This document shows, piece after piece, positions 8,039-19,500 of a stretch of DNA of 64,000 nucleotides. A model generated the notes under the pieces. The model worked only from the letters and a program-made list of their open reading frames with translations, searched no databases and had not been told where the DNA came from. Numbering within the stretch: the first letter of the stretch is position 1; each line of letters starts with the position of its first letter. The translations under genes and the position numbers were made by a program. The DNA comes from a virus, in the IMG/VR virus record IMGVR_UViG_3300001473_000094, positions 4,310 to 68,309 of that record, one strand, 5' to 3'.

Positions 8039-9874
8039 ACCGTTTGCGTACATGAGCCGCGCCCGTTGGCGTCGGGATGCCGAACCGATCATCTGCTCTT
8101 GGCCGTCAATCACGTTCATGCACAGAGACATCCACTGCAAACTTTCGTGATCGTCAGTCCAGTCACGAACCTTCCCGTACCGTACCTCGAAGACCGCTTG
8201 CGGCGCATAGTCGTGGCCAAGGGTGTTCCTCGCCTTCTCCTCCATCTTTGGCCAGACTGGATCGTCGAGGTTACCGTCAAAAATACCAGCGGTTGCCTTG
8301 GCCCGGTTCTCATCATCATAGACGGATGTCACGTAGAGCTGCGTTTCGATCAGGTTGAGCTGTGCTGTCGACCCGGCCTCACGCGAGAAGCCGCCACCGT
8401 CAGAAGGCTTGTTCTTGTGGTGCAGCAACACCACGGCAATGCCGTAGTTCTTGAGGCGCATCATCAGGCGGTTGATCGGTGACCATGCCTCGGCGCTGTT
8501 CTCTTCAAGTCCCGGCCAAGCGGAGCGGATCGTGTCGATGACGACAACGTCGGGGCGGGTTTCCCTGATGATGAGCGACAGCTTTTTGAGTGAGGCATTG
8601 TCGTTAAGAGGCATGTCGTCTGCATCGGCCCAAGGGGTCCACAGTGCAAAGGCATCCTTGGGGTCGCCGTAGGATGAAAGCATCTGGCTAAACCTTCGCG
8701 AGATCGTGAGCCGGCCATTCTCGTAGTCGAGATAGAGGGATCGTACCGGTCGGTCGAACTCGAAGGCGCCAAGCGAGGGCTTGCCAGCGGCGGCGGCGGC
8801 CAGAAGGTGAGAGACGACGATTGATTTACCGTGTCCAGAATAGCCGGAGACATGGACGATCGATGCCGGAGGAAGGAAAGGTCGGATGAGGAAAGACTGT
8901 GCCTTGGCTGCGGTTAGCAGGGCGGGCATATCCCCCATTCGAAGAAACTTGGGAGCCTCGGGGACCTCTTCGTCAACTGGTGGTGGACCCTTGGCCGGGC
9001 CTTCCTTCTCGTGCCTGGCGACACGCTCGGGATGATTGCGCCGCTCCGCTGCCTCTATCGAGGTTAGTGTGGCTTTCCACTCACTGTCTTCAAGGTGGTC
9101 CATGTAGAAGGCGTCCATGAACGCCACGATCCGCGACTTAAGGGCCTCTCCATAGACGCCCTGCGAAACCAGCTCGCCAGCGTAGCGAGCCACCCTGTCG
9201 TTGCGACCATTGCCGGCGCCTGTTGGAAGCTTTGCGCCGGGGTAGTGATCGGCCACGTACTCCGCTGTTCGGTCCCACTCTGTCTGACCATCGCGAACAC
9301 GGTTGGTCGAAAGGTCCAGCTCGGCAACATCTTTGTCGCCGTCGCTGGCCGGCCAGCCGGCCCACTCCGGCATGTCGTCGAGATCGAACACGTCATGTTC
9401 GGGATCGCAGTCGAGACGGTAACCCTCCGCAGAGAAGGTGACGGCGTAGGACCCGTCCCCGCGAAAATCGAGACCCGGAAACTGTGGCCAGTCGTAGCCG
9501 GTTGAGTTCGCGCCAACACGCGGGCCGAAGCGGCGCCCATCCCTTGGGTGCCTGAACAGAAGGTGGAGCCCCCTTCTTGTCCTTACGCGCACAGGGGACC
9601 AGACGCCGCACTCTTTGGCGTATGCGATGGCGTCATCGTTGTCGCAATCCACGACGACAAAACCGGACACATGACCCGTGATGACGCCCACAGCGGCAGT
9701 CGGAAACTCAGATTGCCAGTAGTCGATCTGTTCGTAGTTGGCGGCCTCGGTTTGGTGGTATTGCCACTCGACCAGAGGGACCTTGCCTCGATCCTTTGAT
9801 GTGTTGACCGGGATGATGCTCCACCCTTGATCGGCCATTTCCTGCGCAAGGTCCCACTGTGTTTGATCTGCCAT
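7967..9874 (-). CDS. Bifunctional primase-polymerase fused to an AAA_25/RecA-like helicase
   Basis: Prim-Pol motifs WSIIPV..K.PL, VVVDCD, TRRGLHLLF and DFRGDGSY. Walker A GYSGHGKS, YLDYEN, VVVIDT and LLHH.NK. Confidence 0.9.
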   Translation of the reverse strand: MADQTQWDLAQEMADQGWSIIPVNTSKDRGKVPLVEWQYHQTEAANYEQIDYWQSEFPTAAVGVITGHVSGFVVVDCDNDDAIAYAKECGVWSPVRVRTRRGLHLLFRHPRDGRRFGPRVGANSTGYDWPQFPGLDFRGDGSYAVTFSAEGYRLDCDPEHDVFDLDDMPEWAGWPASDGDKDVAELDLSTNRVRDGQTEWDRTAEYVADHYPGAKLPTGAGNGRNDRVARYAGELVSQGVYGEALKSRIVAFMDAFYMDHLEDSEWKATLTSIEAAERRNHPERVARHEKEGPAKGPPPVDEEVPEAPKFLRMGDMPALLTAAKAQSFLIRPFLPPASIVHVSGYSGHGKSIVVSHLLAAAAAGKPSLGAFEFDRPVRSLYLDYENGRLTISRRFSQMLSSYGDPKDAFALWTPWADADDMPLNDNASLKKLSLIIRETRPDVVVIDTIRSAWPGLEENSAEAWSPINRLMMRLKNYGIAVVLLHHKNKPSDGGGFSREAGSTAQLNLIETQLYVTSVYDDENRAKATAGIFDGNLDDPVWPKMEEKARNTLGHDYAPQAVFEVRYGKVRDWTDDHESLQWMSLCMNVIDGQEQMIGSASRRQRARLMYANGSSEIYIARTLGVGLFTVRQWLDL

Positions 9875-9880
9875 GGCTGA

Positions 9881-10084
9881 TCACTCCTCCTCGGTGATGT
9901 ATCTCCGCAGATCAAGGGACGGCCAGTGGGCCAGAAGGACAGCGATCTGATCGCTCGTCATCTTTCCCCTGCGCATGCAGCCGTACAGATTGGTTCGCTC
10001 AAGCTTCGTGACTTTGTGGATGAATCCGGGTCCTCCGAGGTCTGCAATCAGGCGCGTGACATCGAGGCGTTGCGTCGTTTTCAT
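9881..10084 (-). CDS. Cro-like HTH protein
   Basis: 67 aa, LIADLGG...LYGCMRRG. First gene of a divergent unit, SD GAGG. Confidence 0.6.
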   Translation of the reverse strand: MKTTQRLDVTRLIADLGGPGFIHKVTKLERTNLYGCMRRGKMTSDQIAVLLAHWPSLDLRRYITEEE

Positions 10085-10185
10085 ATCGTCCTCAAGATGG
10101 GTTGACATAGTCCAGAGGATTAAGCAATGTGTGACCCAAGGCAACACTTTTTTGTCGCCGTCCCTCATCCACCACAGAGGTCCAG

Positions 10186-10716
10186 ATGTCTGACCACGAT
10201 GCCTTTGAAGACTTTGCCCGGTCCCTCGAAGCGGCCGATGAAGCCGTCGAAGCAAGCGACACCCCATCAGAACCAACACCTCCCTCAACGGGCACGTCTG
10301 ATGACGAGCTTGTGGATCACTTCGGCGACTATCTCGAATATGCCGAGCTTGAGAGAGCGCGTATCTCTGCAAAGAAGCGGGCTTACACCGACCTGATCAG
10401 AGCGAAGTTCGGCCCGTTCCCGGCCGGGGAAACGGTTATCCCCGGCACACGAAGAACGCTTGGCGTCTACACAGAAGAGGCGCCGATCTGGGACAAACAG
10501 AAGCTCCGGGAAATCGATGTCGGTACGGCGCACCCAACGCCGGCCCACCTCAAATGGAGCTACGCTGTCGATCCGACCCTGCCCACCACGACTGGAGGAT
10601 CGGTGTCTGCGTTCGGCGGCAGGGGCATGACAGCCCTCACGTCTACCATGCCTCCCGCATTCGGTGACGCCCTGAAGGGCACGAAGACACGAACCAAGAT
10701 CAAGGTCCTCAGGTGA
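10186..10716 (+). CDS. Hypothetical protein of the recombination module
   Basis: SD GAGG; lies directly upstream of the AAA_24 gene. Confidence 0.7.
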   Translation: MSDHDAFEDFARSLEAADEAVEASDTPSEPTPPSTGTSDDELVDHFGDYLEYAELERARISAKKRAYTDLIRAKFGPFPAGETVIPGTRRTLGVYTEEAPIWDKQKLREIDVGTAHPTPAHLKWSYAVDPTLPTTTGGSVSAFGGRGMTALTSTMPPAFGDALKGTKTRTKIKVLR

Positions 10717-10720
10717 TCCG

Positions 10721-11593
10721 ATGAGCTGGAAACCAATGACGACGCGCGACGTTGGCGCGCGCGAGCCTCACAAGCTATTGCTCTACGGCCACCATGGTTG
10801 GGGCAAGACGTGGCAGGCCCGGAACTTCGACAAACGTTTCGGCAAGGGCCTTCTGCTTTCGGGAGAGGCCGGCCTTAAATCCCTGACCGATGCGGATGTG
10901 GATTACCTGCCGTTTTCATCCTTCGACGGAACGCACGACCCGGACAACGGCGTCTTCTCGTTCAAGGGGATAGCCGCATGGATGCAGTCCTATGACTTCA
11001 AGGCGCTCGATTACAACTGGGTGGGGCTGGATAGTCTGACCGAGCTTTCGGAGCAGGTTTATGCCTACGCCCAACAGGAGCACCTCGGAGACAAAAACGG
11101 CTTCGCTCTTTGGGACACCTACGGCACGAAGATGCTCTCGACCCTCAAGTGGTTCCGAGACATGGACATGCACGTCTACGTGACGTGCCTCGCCAGCGAG
11201 ACTTCCGATGTAAACGGCAATCCGGACTTCTGGCCTCACGTCAAAGGCAACAAGGTTGCCCATGCGATTCCGGCAATTTTCGACCATGTCTTCTGCGGTA
11301 TTCGGCGGGAGAACACCGACCCCAAGACGGGGGAGGTGACGGTTCGACGGTTCCTTGTGACCGAACAGGTTCAGGGCTGGCACGGTAAGGCGCGCGATCC
11401 CTATCGCCGTTTGCAGCCCATCGAAGAGAACAATGATGTCACCGAGCTTCTGGTCCGGACCCAGACATCAGGTGTCTCCGAAAGCGAACTCGAAGCCATG
11501 AAGAAGCGCTCCGAACAGCTCTCCGGGATCATGGCTGCCAAGACCTCTGATGCACCTAAGGAAGAGAGAGAAAAAAATGAACACGATGAATGA
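10721..11593 (+). CDS. AAA_24 / Sak4-like ATPase
   Basis: KLLLYGHHGWGKT, LSGEAGL, VGLDSLTE, GKARD. Confidence 0.85.
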   Translation: MSWKPMTTRDVGAREPHKLLLYGHHGWGKTWQARNFDKRFGKGLLLSGEAGLKSLTDADVDYLPFSSFDGTHDPDNGVFSFKGIAAWMQSYDFKALDYNWVGLDSLTELSEQVYAYAQQEHLGDKNGFALWDTYGTKMLSTLKWFRDMDMHVYVTCLASETSDVNGNPDFWPHVKGNKVAHAIPAIFDHVFCGIRRENTDPKTGEVTVRRFLVTEQVQGWHGKARDPYRRLQPIEENNDVTELLVRTQTSGVSESELEAMKKRSEQLSGIMAAKTSDAPKEEREKNEHDE

Positions 11594-12131
11594 CGCCCTA
11601 GGCGACGACCTTGATCTGGACCTGACGGACAACACCGTTTCGGAGGGCATGGGGCTGCTGAAGTCCGGCGTTTACGACGCCGTCAGCAAGAAGCCGGAGT
11701 GGAAGAAGACCTCGAAGGGGAGTGGCAAGATGCTCGTCATCGTCTTCGAGGACCTGAAAGGCATGGGTCAGATCACATTTCGCTTTAACGTGATGAACGC
11801 CTCGGCCGACGCGCAGAAGATCGGGCGTGATCAGCTCAAGACGTTCCTGACGCATGGTGGCCACCCGAACCCTGACCGACCCCTCTCCGGGTATGGGCTG
11901 GATGCAATGGAAGGGCTGAAGGTCCGCATCCTCGTTGATGCGGATGGGACCTACACAAAGGACAACCAGACGCGCGTCAGCTACGCGATCAAACGGTTCT
12001 CTGAAGTCGACCCCAATGTGCCGGCAGCAGGCCCATCACCAATGGCCAACGCATCGAACACCGAAAACGTCGTCTCGATGGGTGCGGCCAAAGGCGCCAA
12101 CAAGCCTCTGGACGACGAAATTCCCTTCTGA
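11577..12131 (+). CDS. DUF669-like single-stranded DNA-binding protein
   Basis: Follows the AAA_24 gene. Motifs G.Y.A...EWKKTSKGSGKML and an acidic C-terminal tail DDEIPF. Confidence 0.75.
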   Translation: MNTMNDALGDDLDLDLTDNTVSEGMGLLKSGVYDAVSKKPEWKKTSKGSGKMLVIVFEDLKGMGQITFRFNVMNASADAQKIGRDQLKTFLTHGGHPNPDRPLSGYGLDAMEGLKVRILVDADGTYTKDNQTRVSYAIKRFSEVDPNVPAAGPSPMANASNTENVVSMGAAKGANKPLDDEIPF

Positions 12132-12154
12132 CGGGACTCCCACCGTCAGATACA

Positions 12155-12198
12155 GGGAGCGGGCACAATCCTCCCATACTGCCCGCTCCCGCTCTTTT
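12155..12198 (+). terminator. Putative intrinsic terminator
   Basis: GGGAGCGGGCA / TGCCCGCTCCC stem followed by a short T tract. Confidence 0.5.
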
Positions 12199-12209
12199 CC
12201 CCAGGATGA

Positions 12210-12599
12210 GTGATGGCCAATCCGCTCACGGATGATCCCGTCTTCAACAGCGAGGTTTCCATGATCGGGAAGCTTACCGGAAACAAACATCTTCCCATCG
12301 AGGTGGTTGTTTCGACGGCGAAGTCCGATCTCCAGAAAGCACTTGAGAACGCCCGTCGTGCTCGGTGGAACGAGACCGCCCCACGAGGCCAGAAGGCCAG
12401 CAAGTTGGAGACGGCCTTCATGGCCAAGCACCTCAAGGATTGCACGACAGCTCAAGACGTTTTGGCCAACGCAATCCGGGATCACGTCGGTGGAGCTGTG
12501 AGCGGCATTAAGACGAAGAACAAGGGGAGGGTGATGATCTACGAGAGCCTCGACACGCTGAAGGCGGCTCTCGAACTGGCCAAGGAGCGTGAGGTTTGA
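12210..12599 (+). CDS. Hypothetical protein
   Basis: TTGA overlap with the next gene. Confidence 0.6.
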   Translation: MMANPLTDDPVFNSEVSMIGKLTGNKHLPIEVVVSTAKSDLQKALENARRARWNETAPRGQKASKLETAFMAKHLKDCTTAQDVLANAIRDHVGGAVSGIKTKNKGRVMIYESLDTLKAALELAKEREV

Positions 12600-13417
12600 A
12601 GCTCTACATCAAGGATGAAAATCTGGAGCCCTCCCTTGGCCTCTACCACGAGCCCGAGAAACCGTGGACAGGTCAACGCACCATCAGCGCGTCCATGGTT
12701 GGAGACCCTTGTGACGCCAAAGTGGCTCTCAAGTTTCGCTCATTCCCGGCATCACCGCCGACAGCCAAGCTGGAGAGGACATTTCGGCTTGGCCACGCCA
12801 TCGAAGATCTAGTGATCAAGGATCTCAAAGGAGCCGGATGGCCAGTGCGCCACACGGACCCGGCCAATTTCGACAAGCAGATCAAGTTCACGGGGTGGCA
12901 CGGGCACGTCAAGTGCTACGTCGACGGGATCATCGAGTGGGACAACACGCTCGAAGAGGTTCTCGAAATCAAGTCTGCCGACGATAAGAGCTTTAAGGAG
13001 ATGGAGAAGAAGACCATCGCCGTGGCCAAGCCAAACTATTTTGATCAGGCGGTGATGGCAATGGGGCTCAGTGGCATGAAGTCCTGTGTCTTCGTCATAT
13101 TCAACAAGAACACGTCCGAGTACCTATGCGAGCGTGTGCAGTTCGACCCCGAACGATGGGAGATGTTGAAGATCAAGATCGACCGCATCCTGCAAGGCGA
13201 TGTCGAAAAGATCAGCGACGACAAAGACAAATGGCCATGCGTTTTCTGCGAGGTCAGGGCCTCGTGTTGGGAAGGGCTCGTTCCCGAGAATCCCGAGTGT
13301 CATCACTGCATGTTCTCTTATCCCGATGCGAGCAAGGGCTTTTACTGCCTGCGCCACGAAAGACCGTGCACCTCTGTGTGCAGCGACTTCACCCCCTTCA
13401 AGCCAAGAGAAAAGTGA
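12596..13417 (+). CDS. PD-(D/E)XK Cas4/RecB-like exonuclease
   Basis: ISASMVGDPC, GHAIE, VDGII, LEIKS, YFDQ and a C-terminal Cys cluster. Confidence 0.85.
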   Translation: MKLYIKDENLEPSLGLYHEPEKPWTGQRTISASMVGDPCDAKVALKFRSFPASPPTAKLERTFRLGHAIEDLVIKDLKGAGWPVRHTDPANFDKQIKFTGWHGHVKCYVDGIIEWDNTLEEVLEIKSADDKSFKEMEKKTIAVAKPNYFDQAVMAMGLSGMKSCVFVIFNKNTSEYLCERVQFDPERWEMLKIKIDRILQGDVEKISDDKDKWPCVFCEVRASCWEGLVPENPECHHCMFSYPDASKGFYCLRHERPCTSVCSDFTPFKPREK

Positions 13418-13476
13418 GAGGAGGCATCATGTAGAAAAAGCTGCCCCGCAATGCGGGAGCGTTTAGCTCGTTCAGG

Positions 13477-13508
13477 CCCCAATCGCTACGCGGCGGTTGG
13501 GGTTTTCT
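13477..13508 (+). terminator. Terminator at the convergence of the replication and virion modules
   Basis: CCCCAATCGC / GCGGTTGGGG stem plus TTTTCT. Confidence 0.55.
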
Positions 13509-16500
13509 ATTCGAAGCCCCCGTCCTCGAAGCCTCCACCCTCGAAGGCTGAAGAGCGCGATCCTCTTCCTCGCTTTCCTGCTGGTGCCAGCTTCTCAACG
13601 ATCATGTCCCGGATACCACGTTGGCCACCAAGAACGGGGATGCGCTGGAAGATTTCGCGAGTGGCCTGACGTTCAGGGAAGGTCTTCTCACCGGCGCCGA
13701 GACCAGCAAAGCCACCACCTTTTTCGTCCAGCGCGCCTTGCAGGACGTGCATGCCGGAGATAGCCGTTCCAGCCGAGGGGCCGAACACAACGCTCATCAT
13801 ACGAGACACACCATACTGGCCGTTTTCGGCTTGCTGCGCAGTGTCTGTCAGCATCGAGGCAAAGAGGCCAAGTCCAGCGGCCGTCGAGAATCCAGAGATC
13901 AGTTGGCCGGCTGCGGCGTCGAGCGTCTCACGGTCGGCAATGTTTTCGAGAAGACCAAAGCCCTGCTCATAGGTGTCGTCCATGAGAGGAAACTCGCGCA
14001 GTATCTTGCTCATGGACCGGTCGCCCGGCGCGCGCTCATTTCCTTCTTCGCCGCCACGCGCTCGGATGTTGTCGTGAAGGAAGTTCACGCCGATCCCCAT
14101 CATGGGAAGAAGGCTCAGGAGATACATGGCCCGGTTGGTGTTTCCGGTTCCACTGATATCGCTCAGGTCCAGGGGTCGTCCCTTAAGGTCGTTGATGGCC
14201 AAGCGAATGTCATCGTAAAGAACCTCCTTGGCCATGCGCTGCATCATCAGGGGGAAGCTCTTGAGCTGAAAGATGACGGCACCCCATGGCATCTGAGCCC
14301 ACTGCGGAATCTGATCCGGGTTGGGAGAGAAGACGGCGTCATCGACAAAGCGGGTCATTCCGATGCGGACTGCATCGCTGCCGGGGACAGTGCCATCAAG
14401 GTCAGCTTGCGAAATCAGTTGGCCACCACGGTCGCCACCGCCAGCACGGTCTTCAAGACCGTATCGTTTCAGGAAGCGCCAGTGGCGTTTGAACGTTGCG
14501 CTCTGTCGTGCGAGCGGACGAGAGGGATCAAAGAACCGGGTGTTGTTGGTCTTCATGATCGAAGTGTTGAGAGCCTCGAACGCAACACCACTGGCCAAGC
14601 CCCGCATCTCGTCTGTCCATGGCGTCAAACCGATGGCGTTGAAGAAGGCTGACGACAGGCGGTTGGCCGGCGTGCCGTTCATGTAGGTCATGCGGTTATG
14701 CAGAAGCGACTCTGACGCTGTCCCGATATTCTTCATGGCCTGACGGTAGTCCGGATCAGACATGTAGGAGGCCCATGCCTTCATGGCCGACCTGAGTTCA
14801 CCCGAGCGAACGATTGGGAGCATCGAGTCTCCCAGCGAGGAGATCACCGTGTAGCCAAGGAGTGTGACCGAATTGAAGGTACGGAGGGCTTTGGACGCTT
14901 CAACGCCAAGGGTGTTCGCGTCTCGAAGCGGACGGCGAGAAGCTACCTTCATCATGTTGTTGATGAAGTTCATGTCGCTCATCGTCAGCTTGCCCTTGGC
15001 CTCGCCACCCGTGTCTTTCAGGCCGTCAATGATGGCATCCACTCGGCGCTGATAGACAATGGAAGGACCGCCTCCCTTGCGGGCGTCAGGCACGGCCATC
15101 GATAGGAGGTGGGCGCGAGCAGCTTTTTCACCAGATGCTTTGAAGATTGCAACGACATCGTCTGCCGCTTGCATTGCTCGACCTGGCGCCTCCTCGAAGG
15201 GCATAGGAAACTCTTCGATCATGGCACGCTCAACCATGCCGCCATCGGCATCGAAGACGAAGTCCTTGTGTTCCTGCGTGCGGCGACGAGACAACAGCTC
15301 TGCGATACCCTCGCGACCCTTGGTGACGACGGCCATGTAGTCGGAGAAGCCGTGATTTCGGTGGCCAAATTTGTGAGCGAGTGACAGCCGATGCGAAGCT
15401 TGGTCGACATACTTCACGAGGTAGCTTTCGAGATCGGACTCCAAGAAGGGCCGGAGATCAGCAAGTGCCTCCGGATGCCGATCAAGTTCGATCTTTCGGG
15501 ATGCGTCGATGTTTTCGGCGGCGCCTGAATAGGACTGGCCGAAGTCATCATTGAAGAGAGCCTCGCCAGCCTCATCAGAAAGTGTCCGATAGACGTTCAT
15601 AGCACGCGCCTTCAGCGTGTCTTCATCGACGGCTCGACCCGCTTTGGTCGCTTCGATGCGGTAGTACTTGACGAGTGCGTCTTGGAACTTCTGGGGGTCT
15701 CGGCGAATGGCCATCGACGACCAAATCTGCGGAAAATAATTGGGGCCGCGCGATCCCATCATGACGCCCGCATCGGTAAGGTCAAAGAAGATTTGGCCCA
15801 TCGTGTCCCGGATGGACTTCAGGGCCTTGGCCTCGTCGGCCGATAGGCGAGCGGCCAAACGCGGGTTGGAAGGCTCCTGAAGAGCACGCAGTATGCGGTC
15901 CCAGCTTTCGACCTTATGGTCGCCTTTAAGAGGATTGGCGTCTGTAAGCCAACGCCTGCCAGGGCTCGGGGCGTCGGAAAGGCTACGGATCATGGCCAGG
16001 GGGCCGGGCTTGGACTTCGATCCAAAAAGACGACGCGCAAAATCCTGGGACACGTTTGGCCAGTGGGTCTGGAAGAAGTCGGCAAGTTGGTTAAGTCCGC
16101 CGGAGCGAAGCACCTGCGAGTTCAGGCCGAACCATTTGTGGCGAAGCCTAATGCCTTGTGACAGGTCCTCGCCGGTAGGCTTTCTGTTCCGACCAAATCG
16201 CAGCAGCCAGTTGACCGTACCCTGATCAGGGGCGGACTTTGCAATCTTGTACGATGGCGGAGCGCTGAAGGTGGACAGCGAAGTCGAAGACGCCAAAAGG
16301 TGGGATGTCATCGTGTGGCCAAGTTCACCGACTGCGCCCTCTTCGGAGAGAGCTGGAGCGTGGAACAGGTTCGGCGAACTGAAATCCTCGATGGGCTTGG
16401 TCGGGGAGAATGTCTTCGTAACATAGCCCTGCGCGTCCACCATCGAAGCGAATCCCATCGTGGAAACCACGTCAGATGGATCGAGGTTTTTTGAACGGCC

Positions 16501-19500
16501 AACCGAGGCGAAGGCACTGAAGAGCTGTGCATTGGTCATGCCGGGCCGGACTAGGCCGACGACCTGATCCAAGGCTTCTTCCCACTGAGCGTCGAGGTCG
16601 CCATCATCAAGGGCTTCTCGGACGCCAGTGAAGAAGGAGTTGAGCGAAAGCTCGTTTTGTACCTCGGCCATCTGGAAAGCCGTGTTGGAGGACTTGCCCG
16701 ACTTGATGGCCACAACAGAAAAGCGCGGTGGCTCAACCGCGTCCGAGAGGGTTGTCAGGTGATGGTCGAGAGCTGCGCGGCTGGCCTGCCGCTCAGTCTC
16801 CGTTCCACGGTTCAGGTGATCGAGAAGCCGGTTGGCCGTTTCGACGGTATCGCGAATGACGGGGTCGTCGGCGTGGCCATCGAGAACGAGGCGGAGATAG
16901 GGCCGAATGTAGTCGATGGCTGAGCGTGCGATGTTGCCCTCGCTGTCGACGAGAGCGACATCGTCAAAGCCTTCTCTGGCCATAGCGTCTGCGGACGCAC
17001 CGGCACGCGCAATGCCGGAGGAACCGGTCGGGACCTCAGCCGCCTCCAAGAAGGTCATGTTGGAGAGTGGCGAGCTGCCGGGCTGAATACCCTCTGCCCT
17101 TTCGAACATGTCGTTGAAGTAGGTGAGGCGAGCCATTGCGTTGCGGGCGTGCTTGCCTCGCACGAGACCGTTCACAAGGTATCCCGCTCTGTCCAGAAGC
17201 TCGCTGGCAAAGGGGCGAATGGAAGGGTCGATGTCGATGCCGCCCGTCGGGTCGAGTATGGCCTCAAGAAGCTCGGCCGCATCGTCTTGGTCGAAGCCGT
17301 TCTCCGATGCCCGGCGAAGAAGTCGAGGCTCTGTGTCGAACAGAACATTCGAGATGTCCTTGGCCAAGCCGTGCGGTGGTTCGGCGCCGGTCAGTTTGGC
17401 GCTGATGGTACGAATGGTACGGCGAAGCCCCTGCCATTCCTCGGTGTTTGGCGTGAACATGGGGCCGACCGGGGCATCATTCGCACGCGGATCGGCAATT
17501 CGGGCAAGCCGGTACGCCAGCGTTCGGCCGACATATTCCCCGTCGCGCTTGCGATGGAATTGGACTGACAGGAGGTCCTTCATCTGAGGCGTGGTAGATG
17601 CGGGAATGCCGGCCTCTGCCATTGTACCGATGCCTTCCTCCAGCTCCCGGCGAACTGCGAGGTTGACGGTGGGAGATACGGGGGAAAGGCGGACCTGATC
17701 GGGGCGCACACCGGCAACGTCAGCATCTACCGTCGGGTCGCCCGACAAAAGCTTGTAGCGGATTTGTCGAATCCCCTTTGCCGCCTCTTCCGGCGGGTTT
17801 GCCTTGATGCCCTCGACGCTTTGAGGGGCTTTGAAGTCAATGGCCAAAATCTCATCGGCAACCTGAGGCTCACCGGTTTGCGCGAAACGATCGATAAGCT
17901 GTGCGGCATCGACGGTCTTGGGGGACGCGGCGACCGGAGTGTAGCCGCGTACTTGTTCTATGCCCGCAAGCCGCTCTTTGGCTTTGGCGTATGCCTGCCT
18001 CTTGAGTTCTTCGTGAATGTCTCTCTTGACCTTGGCCACTGACGCCACGTTCTCGCGCCGTGCCCGCTCCGCCTGAGAGCGTGACTTTGCGGCCCTATGC
18101 CGCCGGGTGAGCTTATCCATCTCCGCGTCATCGGTAATGACCTTCACTTGGCCATTGTTTCGCGAGCGGATGACGATGCCTTTCGAGCCGTCGCTTTCTG
18201 CGATCAGGTCAGTGATCGTCCAGTCCATGCGTTTTTCGTTTGCAGGGATGGCTGCGGCACCCTTGGTGTATCGGAGTTGGTCGCCAACAATCAGGTTGCT
18301 GAAGCGGCCAAGTGCCAGCTCCGGGACTCGCGTTCCTTCGACCTCGCGCGCCAGGTCAACGCCACGAACTGGAAGGACACCGCTCTCGGTGAATGATGTG
18401 TTGATCGCCGTCTGCATGTCGTCGAGCAGTTTGGCCAGTCCCGTCTCTGTGTCGTCTCCACCCGTGTAGGCTTTGCGGAGGACCTCCATCCGGGCTTCGT
18501 TCGGAACGTAAGCTCCGCCGGCATCGGCAATGTCTGCGGCAGATGCGGCGCTGATCGCGTCAACGCTGTCGTTACTCAGATCGACCGAGTCAAAATCCTT
18601 TCCGGCATGGGCGCGGTTCAGGCGTCGAAGAACCTTCTTGGCACGCGCAATGATGGCGTATGGGCTGTCTTCGAACGGAGCGAGGGCACCACCATCGAGG
18701 CGAGAGAGCATATCGAGCTTTTCACCCTTCGCCTTGGCCACGCGGCGGAGATAAGCTTGGCGCTCTTGGCCGGTAAACGCCTTGCCGACGATGAGCTGAT
18801 GCGTTGCTCGGTATGCGTCCTCAAATAGCTCCGCACTTCCTGTGTCGTTCGCCGATTCCCACAGACGACGAACATCAGAGACATCGTCATAGACGCTCTT
18901 GTAGTAGCCGATCTGCCGGCCGCGAGATGGATCGCCGAGGGCCTTCAGGTCCTTGATGCCCATCTCGTAGTAGGGGAGGCGGAAATCTACGCGGGCAGGC
19001 ACGTCTGCCTGCCCGCTGTCGAGTCCAACAGACACGTCAGCATCCGGCCCCCTCAAGTCGGGCGACGTGTTCGTCAGGGACTCAACGCGGGCCGCGCCAT
19101 TCTTGATGGCGGCAGCATCGTCGGCGATTCTCTCGACTTGCTCGGTCGGCAGGACCTTGGCAAAGAGGCGCTCGACCTCGGGGTCGATGGCGGTAGAGCG
19201 GCCAAGGAGTGTGTCGAAAAGACCTTTGATGTATTTGGCAAACCTCTGCCAAATGGCAGGTGCCTGGGCCTCCGGGATTTGGCCAGTGGCCCAGCGAGCA
19301 AACATCTCAGCGAAAAGCTCTGCGGGGCTGTCAAAATACTCGCGAGCCTGTTTGGCCAGAGAGCCTTCACCGGTAACTCCAAGCACCTTACCGACGTCTT
19401 CACGCGAATGGACATTGTCAGCCATCCAGCCCCAGAACTCCGCACGGTCTTTCGATCCGAGGAAGTTGAGATGTGCCCAATGGCCGACCTCGTGAAAGAA

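Noticed and set aside
12596-13417. CRISPR-Cas system suggested by the Cas4-like gene
   Set aside because: No repeat-spacer array or other cas genes were seen; this is an ordinary phage exonuclease in a recombination module.
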